Part shown: positions 25,521-39,362 of the stretch, in pieces
Numbering within the stretch: position 1 is the stretch's first letter
How the letters are laid out: the number at the start of each line of letters is the position of its first letter
NCBI RefSeq assembly: GCF_009914755.1
Contig: NC_060946.1
Length of the DNA: 64,000 bases
Strand: one strand, 5' to 3'
Source: the human T2T-CHM13v2.0 reference genome, Homo sapiens
Notes under the pieces: generated by a model
What the model saw: only the letters and a program-made list of their open reading frames with translations
What the model was told of the DNA's origin: nothing
Database searches by the model: none
Program-made: the position numbers and the translations under genes

Positions 25521-28500
25521 AACAGTAATGCCTGTTTCTAGCATATAAAATAATCAGAGAACATAGAATTATACAAAGTTAAATTATTGGGCCATTTACT
25601 TAATTTAAATATTTTTAAATGCGTGTACCCATTTTGCTTGAAGGTGTGTGCAAGTATGCTTGTATTTTTTTTAACGATAATATGGTCACATGAGCATTAA
25701 TTTTTTTTAAAGTTTATAGTTACCCCACACAAGTTCTTATTGATTCCCTCATTCTTAACACCTGCATAGTATTTCATTTTATAATTAATGGATTGTAGGT
25801 TTATTCTTTTAAAATCACTTGTGTTGTTCTCATGTATTTTTTTTTTCACTAAAAAGTGTTGCAATGCACAAAACTAAAAATATAATGAGGGTCTTTTCTG
25901 GATATCTGTTGAAAAACTTTGAATAAAAATTACAAGTTCAAATCACATGCAAAATAAACATTTTAATTAATAGGGCTTTTATGCAAGGTGTTAGTAGAAG
26001 CAGCAGCACAGTTTTATTAATATCCCTGAATCTCTCACAAAACTGACTGAGCAACTGGGATAACAAGGTATTAACTATGACAAAACAATGTAACAGGGTG
26101 TCATCATGGACCTTTTGTGAGGTTAAACCACAGGGACCCAGGCGAATCACCAATTATTTGGAAGAAGGAAAGGAAAGAAAAAAATGTTTAATGGCCCTGG
26201 GAACTGGAAAACCTAGAAATACAAGCGCTAACATCTATGTTCCTAAATTCAGAGATTCTTACTAGGCGAAAAGAACTCAGCAGATTAATCTGAGAACAGC
26301 AGCTGAGGCTGGCAGAAGGCTTCCTGGGCCTCAACTCATAGCTGAGAGTGAGGATGGCAAAAAGCAGGTGCTGTGAGTGGTCTGTTTCCTATGAACCCTA
26401 CAAATTAACCACCCCCAAAACAAAGCCCTGTCCTAAAGAGAAACTGCAGGAAGTCAACTATAAATTGAGTTGGGAAGCACACTGAGGCTCAAGAAAAGGG
26501 AAGCTCCAGGTTAAGATGCAAGAGAAGAAGGGAAAAGGCAGTTTTCTGCAAGTTCAAGCACAAATAATTTCTTTACCTTCTAGTTCTGGAAATACCAGGT
26601 GCTGTGTATGTAAAGCAGGAATTTTGGTTGAATATTATATAATTTTCTGACACACTGTTACTAATCCAGTTTCCCCTGTACTCAGATCTTCCATGCTACA
26701 GACAGACTGATAGATGCTCAGCAAATAGTTGCTAATATTTTCTAGGTAACTAAGTGCTAAACGAGTTTTCTTAAATTTCTACCTCCAGGTCTGTAAGTTG
26801 ATTTGAAGCATTACCAGTTTCTGGTTCTGCACAGGTTGTTGAGCGCAGGACTTCTCTCCTCCAGTGGAAAGGCCACCTGCTCACAATCAACCATCCTTTC
26901 CTGTGGCTTTGAGACACTACTCAGTGTAGCACGCCTCCCAGTCTAGAATAGGCACACTCATCATCAGTCTCTCTCATTTGCTGTCTTATCTCCACTCCAT
27001 CTACATACAGTTTTTGTTTTCACCAATGTTTTTAAATAAACAACTGTACAAGCACAACAATGACAACAGAAACCTTCCTTCCCCCAGTGTTGTAGTGAGC
27101 AAGGAATATATTTAACTTCAAATAAAAGACAAAAACAAATGCTGGATAAAGCTGACAGAAAGAAATGCAACTGTAGGTGCTCTGGCAATATAGAAATGAT
27201 ACAACTAAGAAAAATGGAAGAAAAGGAAAGAGAAAGTATTCCTCAGAATGATTTTACTGACTGCTCATCTGTAATGCCTGGGAGTCAAAGGATATTGTTT
27301 ATAGAAATGTAAGCATACTTAATGGCACCAGGGGAAACAATGTTAATATGATTAAATCAAATTGTGGGATGAAAAATCACATAGGGAGGACAAGAAAGAG
27401 AATACAGCTAATATCATTGTTCTTAGTTTAGAGACATTCGCTACTGTCTAAAGAAAGAGATGATTTTATGAAATTACATAAGGTAGCCATCAGAATAAAA
27501 GTTTAACTCTTCCAAATATCACAACATCAAAACAAAAGCAATAAAAACAAACAAGACAGCAAAAGACAGATATGTGCATCTAAATCATAGCATAATATAC
27601 GGCTATCAAAATATAAACAAACACAATTTATCATTAAAAGTAAGTGGGCTTGACTCTTATTAGAGGAAAAATATTGTCAGATTAAATCAAAAAGCAAATC
27701 TCAGTTCTATGCTGGATATAAGATAAAGTGTTACAGAAAGTTTAGAAATAAAAGTATAGGCAATGAATAAAAGGATCTTCTCTTCATGTGTTAGGAGTAT
27801 AAAACAGTAAGTCAACACATCATACGTTTTCTGTTTTTACACTTAAATGGCTGGAGATGTTACACCACTAGTATGAATTTACTTCAGATATATAAAGGGT
27901 ACACTTTTATGTGGTTAGAAACAGCAATGATAATAATTAAGGTGAAAATAACATCTGCATTGACGTTAGGAAGAAAGAGCCATTGTTGGGTACATAGTGA
28001 TCACATTACCATGGAGCAATCTGTTCCCAACTGAAATGTCCTTGCCCTTCTACTGAAATCATGTAAGATTCTGCAAAAGTAGTGTTTACTTCCCACAAAT
28101 GAGACATTTGTGGGAATGGCTGCTATTGTTGTCCACACGGAATGAACATCAGACCTATATTTTCCTGTTGTATCATTAAGAGTCGTATTTGGCCCTTTCC
28201 AGAGGCTATTTCAATTATATTTTGGAGAATTAGTCTATTTCCAGACAAATAATTTTACCAGAACTTTGATCCATATGAAATGACCCTTTGGTAGGGATCC
28301 AGGGATTGAGTTTATTTTTAATTACTGTAGCATCCTGGTCAGGTTGAGAAACAGATTACATTTTTATTTCCCTGGCATGTGAGCAGGGCTAGATTTAGCG
28401 TGAGAATGCTTGAAAGTTTATAGTTTTTTAGAAATTTTATTTACTGTGTGTCTCTTTCTCAAAATAAAATTAATGCTGAAAAGCTATATTAAATGAATTA

Positions 28501-28869
28501 TTTTGAGATGGTCTCTTCCCCCTTCTTCCAATGAGAGGATATCCACAGATATGTCAGGAGCTTGCTTTACCTAGAAATGTGTTGAGGGCCATAGGTTTGG
28601 GTTCACCTAGGAATGTTTAGGGACACCTCCCCAGGTTGTTGTTGAAGAGTGGGGTAAATGTAAGATAGAATTAGGCTCACGGAGGCCAGATGAGAGCATC
28701 ATGTCACCCCAGAAACACAGCATGTACCTAGGAGATCTGTTCTCAGTATCAAAGTCTTAAGCACTGTAAGATTGCCTATAGACTAAGACAACAACTATAT
28801 ATATATATATACACACACATATATATAGTTAATAAAATCAGTTAATATATAAACATATATTTATTTATC

Positions 28870-29037
28870 AACTTATTTTTATTTTTATCTTCAGACAGCA
28901 TCTTGCTCTGTCACCTAGGCTGGAGGGCAGTAGTGCAATTAAGGCTCACTGCAGCCTTTACTTCTGGAGCTGAAGCTATCCTCCTGCCTCAGTCTCCTAA
29001 AGTGCTAGGATGAGAGGTGTGAGTCAACTTGGCAGGC
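28870..29037 (-). mobile_element. Old Alu fragment (FLAM/AluJ)
   Basis: 'tcttgctctgtcacctaggctggagggcagt...ctcctgcctcagtctcctaaagtgctagga'. Confidence 0.75.
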
Positions 29038-29796
29038 CCAGGGCAATAACTATGCAATGTTTATATAACTTGGAGCAAAAAATATTTGAAATATGTGTGC
29101 ATTGATTTTTAACCTTTTCTATTGATTTACTTTATTAAATACTGAATAGAAACAATATATTTATAAAATATTTATTGTATATGTATAATAAGCACATAAT
29201 GAACACCTGTGTCTCCAGTCTTGGTTTAAGAAATTAAGCCAAAAGTAATCATAAGTGCTTATGATTACTTTTGAAGTCACCTGTACAACTTTTGCTGACT
29301 GCATCACCGTCAACACTCTAACGATGGCCACTGTGAGCACTGTGTATATTGAATTGTGTTCTATTTTAATACCGTGTGCACTACATTGTTTTCCTAGCTG
29401 TATGCTATTGCATTTAGTGAGAATAAGGAATTATATCAGTATAAATCACTTTTGTCATTTCATTGTTTCAGCTTTTCTGTACTAATTATTGCCAATATAT
29501 TTCTACTGGCGTAAAAACAGACACATAGGACAGTGGAACAGAATAGAGACTGCAGACAAATGTACACATTTACACACAACTCATCTCTGACAAAGGCATC
29601 AAGAACATACACTGGGAAAACAACAGTCTTTTCAATAAATGATCCTGGGAAAACTGAATAACTGTATGCAGAAGGATAAAATTAAACCCATCTTACCATA
29701 CACAAAAATCAAATCAAACAAAAATGGATTAAAGACTTGAATCTGAGACCTCAAACTATGAAGCTAGTAAAAAAAAAAAAAAAAAAGCAGAGGAAA

Positions 29797-30030
29797 GGCC
29801 AGGCGCGGTGGCTCACGCCTGTATTCCCAGCACTTTGGGGGGCCGAGGCAGGCGGATCACGAGGTCAGGAGATCGAGACCACCCTGGCTAACACGGTGAA
29901 ACTCCGTCTCTACTAAAAATACAAAAAAAAAAAAAAAAAATTAGCGGGGCATGATGGTGGGCGCCTGTAGTCCCAGCTACTCGGGAGGCTGAGGCAGGAG
30001 AAAGGTGTGAAAAAAAAAAAAAAAAAGAAA
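29797..30030 (+). mobile_element. AluY lacking the end of the right arm
   Basis: 'ggatcacgaggtcaggagatcgagacc...ctaacacggtg'; stops at 'ggagaaaggtgtg' and passes directly into poly-A. Confidence 0.9.
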
Positions 30031-30339
30031 AAAGAAAGCATAGGAGAAATGCTCCAGGACATTAGTCTGGGCAAAGATTTTTTTGCGTAAGACCTCGGAA
30101 GCACAGGCAACAGAAGCAAAAATAGACAACGGGATTATATCAAACTAAAAAGCCTCAAGCAAAGGAATCAATCAACAAAGCGAAGAGCCAACCACAGACT
30201 GGGACAAAATATTTTCAAACTATCTATCTGATAAAGGATTAACAATTAGAATATATAAGGAGCTCAAACAACTCAATAATAAACAAAAAATCTGATTGAA
30301 AAATGGGCTACTGAAGAGGCTGAGGTAGGAGGATTTCTT

Positions 30340-30639
30340 TTCTTTTTTTTTTTTTTTTGAGATGGAGTCTCGCTGTCGTCCAGGCTGGAGTGCAGTGGCG
30401 CGATCTCGGCTCACTGCAGACTCTGCTCCCCAGGGGTTCACGCCATTCTCCTGCCTCAGCCTCCTGAGTAGCTGGGACTACAGGCGCCCGGCACCAAGCC
30501 CGGCTAATTTCTTGTATTTTTAGTAGAGACGGGGTTTCACCGTGTTAGCCAGGATGGTCCTGATCTCCTGACCTCGTGATCTGTCCGCCTCAGCCTCCCA
30601 AAGTGCTGGGAATACAGGCGTGAGCCACCGCGCCCGGTC
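30340..30639 (-). mobile_element. AluY nested in an older Alu monomer (~30309-30740)
   Basis: Antisense AluY; TSD aggaggatttctt at 30327-30339 and 30640-30652. Confidence 0.92.
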
Positions 30640-31646
30640 AGGAGGATTTCTTAATCCCAGGAGTTTGAGGTTACAGTGAGCTATGATTATGCTACTGCCC
30701 TTTAGCTTGGGTGACAAAGCAAGACCTTGCTTCTAAAAAAATAATAGTTAAAAATATATAAATAAATACAATTTAAAAATGGGCTAAAGATCTGAACAGA
30801 TATTTTCTCAAAAGAAGACATACAAATGGCCAATAGGAAGATGAAAAAATGTTCAATATCACTAATCGTCAAAGAAATGCAAATCAAAATCACAACGCAA
30901 TATCATCTCACCTTGGTTGAAATGACTTGTTTCAAAAAGACAGGCAATAACAGATGCTGGCAAGGATGTGGAGAAAGGGAAATACTAGTACACTGTTAGT
31001 GGGAATCTACATTAATAAAGCCACTATGGAGAACAGTATGGAGGTTCCTCAAAAAAGTAAAAATAGAACTACCATGTGGCCCAGCAATTTCTTTACTGGA
31101 TATATATCCAAAATAAAGGAAATTAATGTATCAAAGACATATCTACATGCCGATGTGTACTGCAGCACTATTCACAATAGACAAAATATGGAATCAACAT
31201 AAGTGCTCATCAACAAATGAATAGATTTTAAAAGTCATATATATACATAATGGAATACTACTCAGATACAAAGAAGAATGAAATTCTGTCATTCGCAGCA
31301 ACATAGGTGGCGCTGGCCATTTGGCTTAACGTAATGAACATAGGCCATTATGTTAAGTGGAATGAGCCAAGCACAGAAAGGCAAATATCACATGTTGTCA
31401 CTCATATGTGGGCAGTAAAAAAGTGAATCTCATGAAGATAGAAAGTAAATTGGTGGTTGCTAGAGGCCAGCAAGGGGAGTTGGAAGAGGAGATTAAGAGA
31501 AGAAAATATAAATGTATTTATCACCACTAAACTGTCCTCTAAAAATGTACAGATGGTAAATTATATATATATTTTTAACTCAATAAAAAGTTAAAAAAAT
31601 TCTGCTGTGTGTTTATAGAGCACATGTACAAGACTTTCTCTAGGGT

Positions 31647-32250
31647 TGTATCAGTTTTCTATTCCTGCTGTAATAATTTACCACAAATTCAGTGGCTTAA
31701 AGGTACACATTTTTGTAAGATTTGAGTCAGTTTTAAAAAACACACATAAACTTATTGTCTTAGAATTGTTTTGGTTGGAAATCTGGCATGGCTCTCACTG
31801 AACTAACATCAAGATGTTGGCAGGCTGCATTTCTTTCTGAAGGCTCTAAAAGAGCATCTGGGTTGTTGGCAGAATTCAGTTCCTTGTGGTTGTAGATCCT
31901 CAGTTTCTTCCTGGTTGAAAACTTTGGGTCATTCCCAGCTTCCAAAGGTCACTGGCTTTCCTTGGCTTGTGGCCCCCTACCACTGTTTTAAAAGCCAGTA
32001 ATAGCAGGCCACATCTTTCTCATACCGCCATCTGTCTGAATCTCAGCATCCAGAAAATATTCTCTGCTCTCAAGGAATTATGAGATTAGATTGGACTCAC
32101 CAAGGTAATTCAAGGTAATTTCCCCATTTCAATGCCCTTAATGGTAATCACATCTGCCAAGTCCCTTTGAACATGCTAACTTATGTTAGTATGTTCACCT
32201 TATCTGAAGACTGGGATGTGGCTGTCTTTGGTGGGGGGCAATTATTCTGC
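31647..32250 (-). mobile_element. MLT1 (MaLR) LTR
   Basis: 'tgtatcagttttctattcctgctgtaataatttaccacaaattcagtggcttaaa...gttggcagaattcagttccttgtgg'. Confidence 0.8.
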
Positions 32251-33114
32251 CTAACCCAAAGAAACGCAACTTGCAGATATACAACTAGTTCATGGAGATG
32301 AAACATTTTCAAATCTACAAGAAAATGTTTTCTAAAATGAGCATTTCATATTAGACTTTCACGAGCACTGTGTCAGAATTATATTTACTTCATAATGCTG
32401 CCAATACTGATATCAGATATTTAATTTTCTAGCCAGTTCAGGATAATGTGAATTGTGAATAATATATTTGTTCATTCAGTCAACAAACATTTTTTATCAG
32501 ATACCACCGATATGCTGGACAGTGTCATGGATCCTAAAAATATAGCTGTTATTATTATTTTTTTAAACAAAGTTCCCACTGTGATAAAGCTTTTATTCTT
32601 TGGGACAGGCAGACAGTAATCCAGATAAATAAACGCAAGGGCAAATTGGGGGAAAAATTGGAATGGAGAGCTCAGAATCTGGCTCCAGAGAAGGGCAGAG
32701 GGAAAGGAGACCCAGTTCAGAATCTCGGTGCGTCCACACCAAACGATTCCATGAGGGCTGAGGAGACAGAGCTGAAAGGCTTGTCTGACATCACAAGAGA
32801 CAGAAAAGTGAGCCCCATTTTCATCTCTATCCTGACAACGTTCCTGGCTTGATTTCCTCCTTCCAGCAGACACAAGAATCAGGGAGCGCACCCTGATGGT
32901 AACATTTTTTTCAGGGGCCTATTTTGGGGATGCTGGTGAGAACCTGAGTCTGTCACTGACCACGGCAGCCTAGCATGGTCCCCAGTGCGTGGCCCAAGGC
33001 CAAGATTCTCTACCTCCATCCTGGAGGCAGAAGAAATGTCTGGGGGAAAATGAGAGGTTTTAGGTGGTTGGCACTGGGTGAGACCAAGGAGAAATTTCAA
33101 AGCTGTGTGTCCTG

Positions 33115-33430
33115 GGGCCGGGGGCGGTGGCTCACACCTGTAATCCCAGCACTTTGAGAGGCCGAGGCGGGCAGATCACGAGGTCAGGGATTGAGACCAT
33201 CCTGGCTAACGGTGAAACCCCGTCTCTACTAAAAATACAAAAAATTAGCTGGGCTTGGTGGCGGGTGCCTGTAGTCCCAGCTACTCGGGAGACTGAGGCA
33301 GGAGAATGGCGTGAACTGGGAGGCACAGCTTGAAGTGAGCTAAGATCGCACCACTGCACTCTAGCCTGTGTGACAGAAAGAGACTCCTTCTCAAAAAAAT
33401 AAAAATAAAATAAAAATAGAAAATAGAAAA
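33115..33430 (+). mobile_element. AluY
   Basis: Full dimer with 'ggagaatggcgtgaac'; TSD-like 'aaagctgtgtgtcc' on both sides. Confidence 0.92.
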
Positions 33431-33589
33431 AGCTGTGTGTCCCTTGTTTCTTCATATTTTGCAGATTTTTGATGTCAAAATATTTTAATAGTCAAAAGAG
33501 TGTTAATAAAGAATGACTTCTCTGTTATAAAAACCCTAATAGTGAATGTATTTACCAAGAAATTAGATTCTATCTTTGGTTTTTTTGTT

Positions 33590-34500
33590 TTTTGCCCCTT
33601 AGTTTAAAAAAAAGTGTTATTGTATGGGTATTCTACAGTTAGTGTATCTACTCACCTCTTGATGGACATTTGGTTTGCTTCCAGTTGTTTTTGCTATTTC
33701 AAATAAAGTTGCTACGAATGTTTGTCCAATCATTTGGACATACGCTTTCATTTGTCTTGGGCAAATAAGCAGGATTTGAATGACTAAGTGGTGTGATATG
33801 TTTAACTTTTTTTTTTTTTTTGAGACAGAGTCTCGCTCTGTCGCCCAGGCTGGAGTGCAGTGGTGCATGGAGGCTCACTGAAAGCTCTGCCTCCCGGGTT
33901 CACGCCATTCTCCTGCCTCAGCCTCCGGAGTAGCTGGGATTACAGGCGCTCGCCACCAAGCCTGGCTAATTTTTTGTATTTTTAGTAGATACGGGGTTTC
34001 ACCGTGTTAGCTAGGATGGTCTCGATTTCCCGACCTCGTGATCCGCCCGCCTTGGCCTCCCAAAGTGCTGGGATTACAGGCGTGAGCCACCACTCCCGGC
34101 CAGTTTAACTTTTAAAGAAACTGACAAAGTTGCTCTATTTGCAGCAGCAGTGTATGAGCATTCCTGTTCCTTTGTGTTCTCACCAATGTTTAGTATGGTC
34201 AGTCTTTTAAATTTTATCTATTCTAATAGGCATGTAGCAGTATCTCATTGTGGTTTTAATTTACATTTCCCTAATGACGAATGATGTTGAACATCTTTCA
34301 ATGTTCTTACGTATCATCCATCTGTATTCTATGGTGAAATGTCTGTTCAGATCTCTACATTTGTGTTAGACTATTTGTTTTCCTATTATTGAGTCCTGAG
34401 AGTTATTTGTATATTTTGGATAACAAATGTATCTTCACCAGATATAGCTTTTGTAAATTTTTACTCCCAGTCTGTGATATGTCTTTTTATTCTCTCGATA
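33590..34500 (-). mobile_element. Old L1M 3' fragment
   Basis: 'gatggacatttggtttgcttccag...gtatctcattgtggttttaatttacatttccctaatgac'. Confidence 0.75.
33806..34101 (-). mobile_element. AluY
   Basis: Poly-T plus antisense dimer; TSD-like 'gtttaactttt'. Confidence 0.92.
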
Positions 34501-34504
34501 GTGT

Positions 34505-34803
<299 letters not shown>

Positions 34804-35434
34804 CTCTGGATAGTGTTTTTCACAGGTCAGATTAATTTTTATATAAATCATTTATTTTATTTTTATTATGTAAAATTTTATAATTTTTAATTTTATTTTT
34901 AATTTCCTTTTTAAAAGGTAAATAAATTTTAAGTGTAATGATGGAAAATTTTGTTTAAAAGTAAATGTATATGAAAGTGTTGATATAGACTAAAAAATTG
35001 AATAAGTAAGAAGGTAGTTAGTTGTGACAGTAGGAGTGAAGTGAAAAGCTTCCCCTTTCACCCTCTGAAGATTACCCGAAATGAACTGACCATACACAGA
35101 TTAATAAAAGAAAGGGTATACAAACTTACTTAACCTGCAAAAACATGAGAGCTATACACAAAGTATAAGACTTGAAGATGGCTCAGATCTTAAACGCTCT
35201 CCTCATAGGCAATAGATATATAGACCCAGGATGCAGACATTATTTTGTAAATAATTTCCTTTGGAAGCTGGATGGGACAGACAAATTACGGGAAGGTGAG
35301 AGATGGAACTGCACAGGAAAAAAGTTTGTCTTTGTCACTTTAATCTTATCATTACTAGAGAATATTTATGAATATTTTAGAATAATATATTTTTAAGCCC
35401 CAACCTCACCAAATGTTTTTTCTAAAACAAATAC

Positions 35435-35982
35435 TTTTTGTTGTTGTTTGTTTGTTTTTGATACTGTGTCTCACTCTGTCACCCAGGTATGAAGTGCAGT
35501 GGTGCAACCATGGCTCACTGCAGCCTTGACCTCCTGGGCTCAAGTGATTCTCTTACCTCAGTCTTCCAAGTAGCTGGGCTACAAGCATGCACCATCATGC
35601 CCTGGTAATTAAAGAACAAAAAAATTTTTGTTAGAGACCAAGTATCCTTATGTCACCCTGGCTAGTCTTGAACTCCTGGAATCAACTGACCCTCATGCCT
35701 TGGCTTCCCAAATTATTGGGATTATAGGTGTGAGCCACAGTGCCTGACCACATATTTCTATACTTCAGTGAGGAAAGGAAGGTGTTAGGAAAATTGGTTA
35801 AGAACTATTTTTTAAAAAGCTATTAGTAGTGTTTTATTTTATTTTTTAATGATTGATTGATTTTTGAGATTGGGATCTCACTATGTTGCCCAGGCTGGTT
35901 TCACATTCCCAAGTTTAAGCAATACCCCTGCCTCAGTCTCCCAAGTAGCTGGGATGACAGGTGTATGTCACCATACCCAGCT
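35435..35982 (-). mobile_element. AluJ (35435-35748) and Alu monomer (~35860-35982)
   Basis: Diverged antisense Alu sequence 'ctcactgcagccttgacctcctgggctcaag'. Confidence 0.8.
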
Positions 35983-36149
35983 CCATTAGTAGCGTTTTTA
36001 ACAATTGTGGGCCACTGAGTAAGAATATTTTTTTTAAATTAAAGGTTATTTTTTAAAAAGCACATTTGTAGAAAATTACTAGCATAATCTGCCTAAAATA
36101 ATTATACATATTGAAAAAATGTTTGCTCTGAACAAAAAGAAATATATTC

Positions 36150-36205
36150 ACCACACACACATACATACACACACACACACGCACACACCCACACACACAC
36201 ACACA
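36150..36205. repeat. (CA)n microsatellite
   Basis: Imperfect CA run. Confidence 0.9.
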
Positions 36206-37621
36206 TTATGGAAGATTTCAAGACCAGGCAATAATTTCCACTCAATCCAAAAACAATGCAATCCCAGAGCTGAATATTTAGGTGAAAAATATATCAGGAA
36301 TGGGAGGCATTCAGGTTTAATTTTCATGTTTTGGTAGAGTTAGGATGTGAGTTTTCATTTAAAAATATTCTTTATCTTTTTGCTACTATTGTGGTTTCTG
36401 TATTGTTACTATACAATCTGTAAACTAAATAGTAAAGGAGAGAAAAGTGATTTTCAACGAAGCTGGCTTGGGAACAGGTACTATTCTGGGAAGATGAAAG
36501 GTTTCACTTAATGACTGGTACCTGTGCCACTCTGGTTATTTTAACTGTTAACCTTTTAGCAAGAGGTTTTTCTTTTAAAAGACATCCTTTAATATTTGGG
36601 AAGCTAGTGCAATAGTACACATTGAGGCCCACATACCACATGCCAAATATTTAAAGGGCATATTTCTAGCTAACCACTGTACATACATATATTTTTTCTC
36701 TCTTATTTTCTTATTTTAGTTTTTTTCCTTGTCAACAATTTAATTTTATGTCCACTCTTATCTTCTATCATCCCACTTTGACAAATAATATTATACCTTC
36801 AAAATGATGTGGAAGACTAGATTGGAATTTAGAACCGTAGAACCTTGTAATTGTACAGGCAAGTATCTTCCTGGGAAAAAATAAAACAGGAAGAAAAGGC
36901 TGGGCAGCCTCTGGTTCAGGAAGGAAATTCAGGAGTCCCTTATAGCAGCATCTCTAGTACTTGGGAACCGAACAGACTTCTCGGCCTGTGAGGCTGGAAT
37001 GGGCCCTTCTGGAGAACGTGACAGAGAAGTTATCTACTGCCTTTGCCCCCAGGGCCCAGGCAACACTTTTACCCTCCATTGCTTGTTTCCGAAGCTAAGG
37101 GGAGGAGACAATGTTTTGTTTAGTGACCTCGACAGAAAAAGTGTCCTCCTGCAACCACTCATTTGTTACTTTCCTTCTTCCTGAATTGCCTGGACCCACT
37201 CCTCCTCCATTTCACTGGCTCTGTGCACTGATGTTATAGTCAGGAGATTTTTGGGAATTGTGGCTTCTAAAAATGTACACCCGATTCTACCCATAGCTGG
37301 CCCTGTGAACCTACACACCTACTCCACTGTGTCTCCTTCTCAAAGAGACACTCTTCCTGCTGAGTCTCTGCCCTCTGCTCCTAGATCCAAATGGCATCTC
37401 CTACCCTATCCCTGTATGGCTTAACCTAGGGAAACTCTTTCCCAGAGGAGTCAGGTAAGGAGACGGTGGCTGAGCTTCTTACAGACTTAAAGGAGACATC
37501 CTGGAATTTAGGAGTCTGTCCTTCCTTTCTGTCTCCCTGGCAGCTCCTGCTGCTGCTCAAAGTTTAGCTTTGTCTCTCATCCAGCTCAGACTGTTGCTGG
37601 TCCTGATAGCCTCTGCTTAGC

Positions 37622-37762
37622 TGTATTAGTATGTTCTTGCATTGCTATAAAGAAATACATGAGAAATACCTTTAGTTGGCTCACCGTTCCATAGGCTATA
37701 CAGGAAGCATAGTGGTTTCTGCTTCCGGGGAGGCCTCAGGAAACTTTTACTCAAGGTGCAGG

Positions 37763-37764
<2 letters not shown>
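37622..37764 (-). mobile_element. MST/THE1-type MaLR LTR fragment followed by A30
   Basis: 'tgtattagtatgttcttgcattgctataaagaaatac...caggaagcat...ggggaggcctcaggaaactt'. Confidence 0.8.
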
Positions 37765-37796
<32 letters not shown>

Positions 37797-38543
37797 ACCA
37801 GCACTGCACTGTGAGGCCCTGATCCCTGAGCTAACTTCATATTATTACCTCTACAGCAAGTGTCTGTGAGAACATAGATATATTTCTGTGAGTACACAAT
37901 TTACAGAAGAGGAACTACCCTCCCAAACCAAAACAAAATGTCATAATTTTAATTTACCAGCAAACCTAGGTTGCTTCTGTGAAATGATCTCATTTGCTGA
38001 GTTTTAAAATTGACTAAATTTCCCAATTTCCAAATGAAAATATTTAGTTATCTTGTCTTGCTATGTGTTTTTGGTTAATATGATGATTAATTTTTGGTCT
38101 ATTACTTAATATATTCCATAATTGTTGATATGGATTATAAGGACTTACAAAATAGTTTTCAGATGTCTTTAATTTTTTTACTTAGTGTAGATCCTATAAA
38201 TGGATTAGGAGTATTCTATTAACTCCCATGTATTCAGAAATCGAATTGGAGTGGTAAATTCTGTTTGAGGTAACAAGGGATATCAAAGGAAAAAAATAAT
38301 TTTGTGACTATGTCTTCTATACATGAATTTTTCAGGCATCTTTATCAATGGCTTATACTAAAGAAATTTTCTGGATCATGGGTGACAGACAGAAGACATG
38401 CGGATAAGTGGCATTGTGTACACTACTGCATTTTATCATCTGGTTTATTTTTAAACTTTTATTTCTCTTAAGGATGTTTTATTAACCGGTGCATCACCAG
38501 GTTAACAGTCTCTGGAACAGTAAACTTACCAGAAAATACTTGT

Positions 38544-38554
38544 TGATTGAATTA
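38544..38554 (-). promoter_or_regulatory. DUX4-type double-homeodomain motif
   Basis: TGATTGAATTA reads TAATTCAATCA on the minus strand, matching TAAYYYAATCA; ~1.07 kb upstream of the TRIM43-like exon. Motif match only. Confidence 0.4.
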
Positions 38555-38647
38555 ACAAGAAAACAACATTAGAAAACAGTGGTGCCTTGTTTTTGTCTGT
38601 TGCAGTATCTTGGAGAGTAAAGCCTAACTCTTTAATTTTGGCTGAAG

Positions 38648-38740
38648 ATATAAAGAAATACCTGAGAAACACCTTTAGTTGGCTAATGGTTCCGTAGGCT
38701 ATACTGGAAGCATGGTGGTTTCTGCTTCTGGGGAGTCCTC
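38648..38740 (-). mobile_element. Second copy of the MST fragment
   Basis: 'tataaagaaatacctgagaaacacctttagttggct...ggaagcatggtggtttctgcttctgggga' parallels 37646-37738. Confidence 0.75.
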
Positions 38741-38976
38741 CAGCACTTACTGGCCGGGTAATTTTGAAGAAGTCATGATAAGATGGTTGTTACAATTAAA
38801 TGAAATAATCAAAATGGAAGAGCTTAGTTAGCTGTCTTCCCTAAATGAATCACTGGCAAGTAAGAGTGTGATTGATTTTCCTACCAGTCAGGACTCACCC
38901 CTTGAAGCTATAGGAGAGTAAACCTCTGAAGACCATACAATTTAGGGAACACTAACACCTCAAAAAACTCTGTAAA

Positions 38977-39362
38977 CTTCCTTCCTTCCTTTTCTTCCTT
39001 CCTTCCTTCCTTCCTTCCTTCCTTCCTTCCTTCCTCCTTCCCTCCCTCCCTCTCTCTCTCTTTCTTTTCTTTCTTTGTTCATTTTTGAGACAGTCTTGCT
39101 CTGTCATTCAGGCTAGAGTGTAGTGGCTGGATTATGGCTCACTGCTGCCTTAACCTCCTGGGCTCAAGCAAACGTCTCACCTCAGCCTCCCTAGTAGCTG
39201 GGAGTATTGGCATGCTCAGCTAATTTTTTCCTCCTTTTCTTTTTGTAGAGACAGGGTCTCATCATGTTGCCCAGGCTGGTCTTGGACTCCTTGGATCAAA
39301 CAATCCTGCTGCCTCAGCCTCCCAAAGTGCTGGATTACAAGCATGAGCCACCGTGCCCAGCC
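38977..39362 (-). mobile_element. AluJ with an expanded (CCTT)n tail
   Basis: (CCTT)n at 38977-39075, then an antisense AluJ. Confidence 0.85.

Larger units (their letters stand above)
29490..31600 (+). mobile_element. L1MA ORF2 end and 3' UTR, interrupted by Alus
   Basis: 'tactggcgtaaaaacagacacatag...caaatcaaaatcacaacgcaatatcatctca...gatgctggcaaggatgtggagaaaggg'; ends 'ctcaataaaaagttaaaaaaa'. Confidence 0.88.

Noticed and set aside
32472-33100. 139-aa and neighbouring ORFs
   Set aside because: No recognisable homology, and they run into L2-like sequence.
35023-35330. Possible ERV1-type LTR fragment
   Set aside because: Looks LTR-like, but I could not assign a family or ends with confidence.
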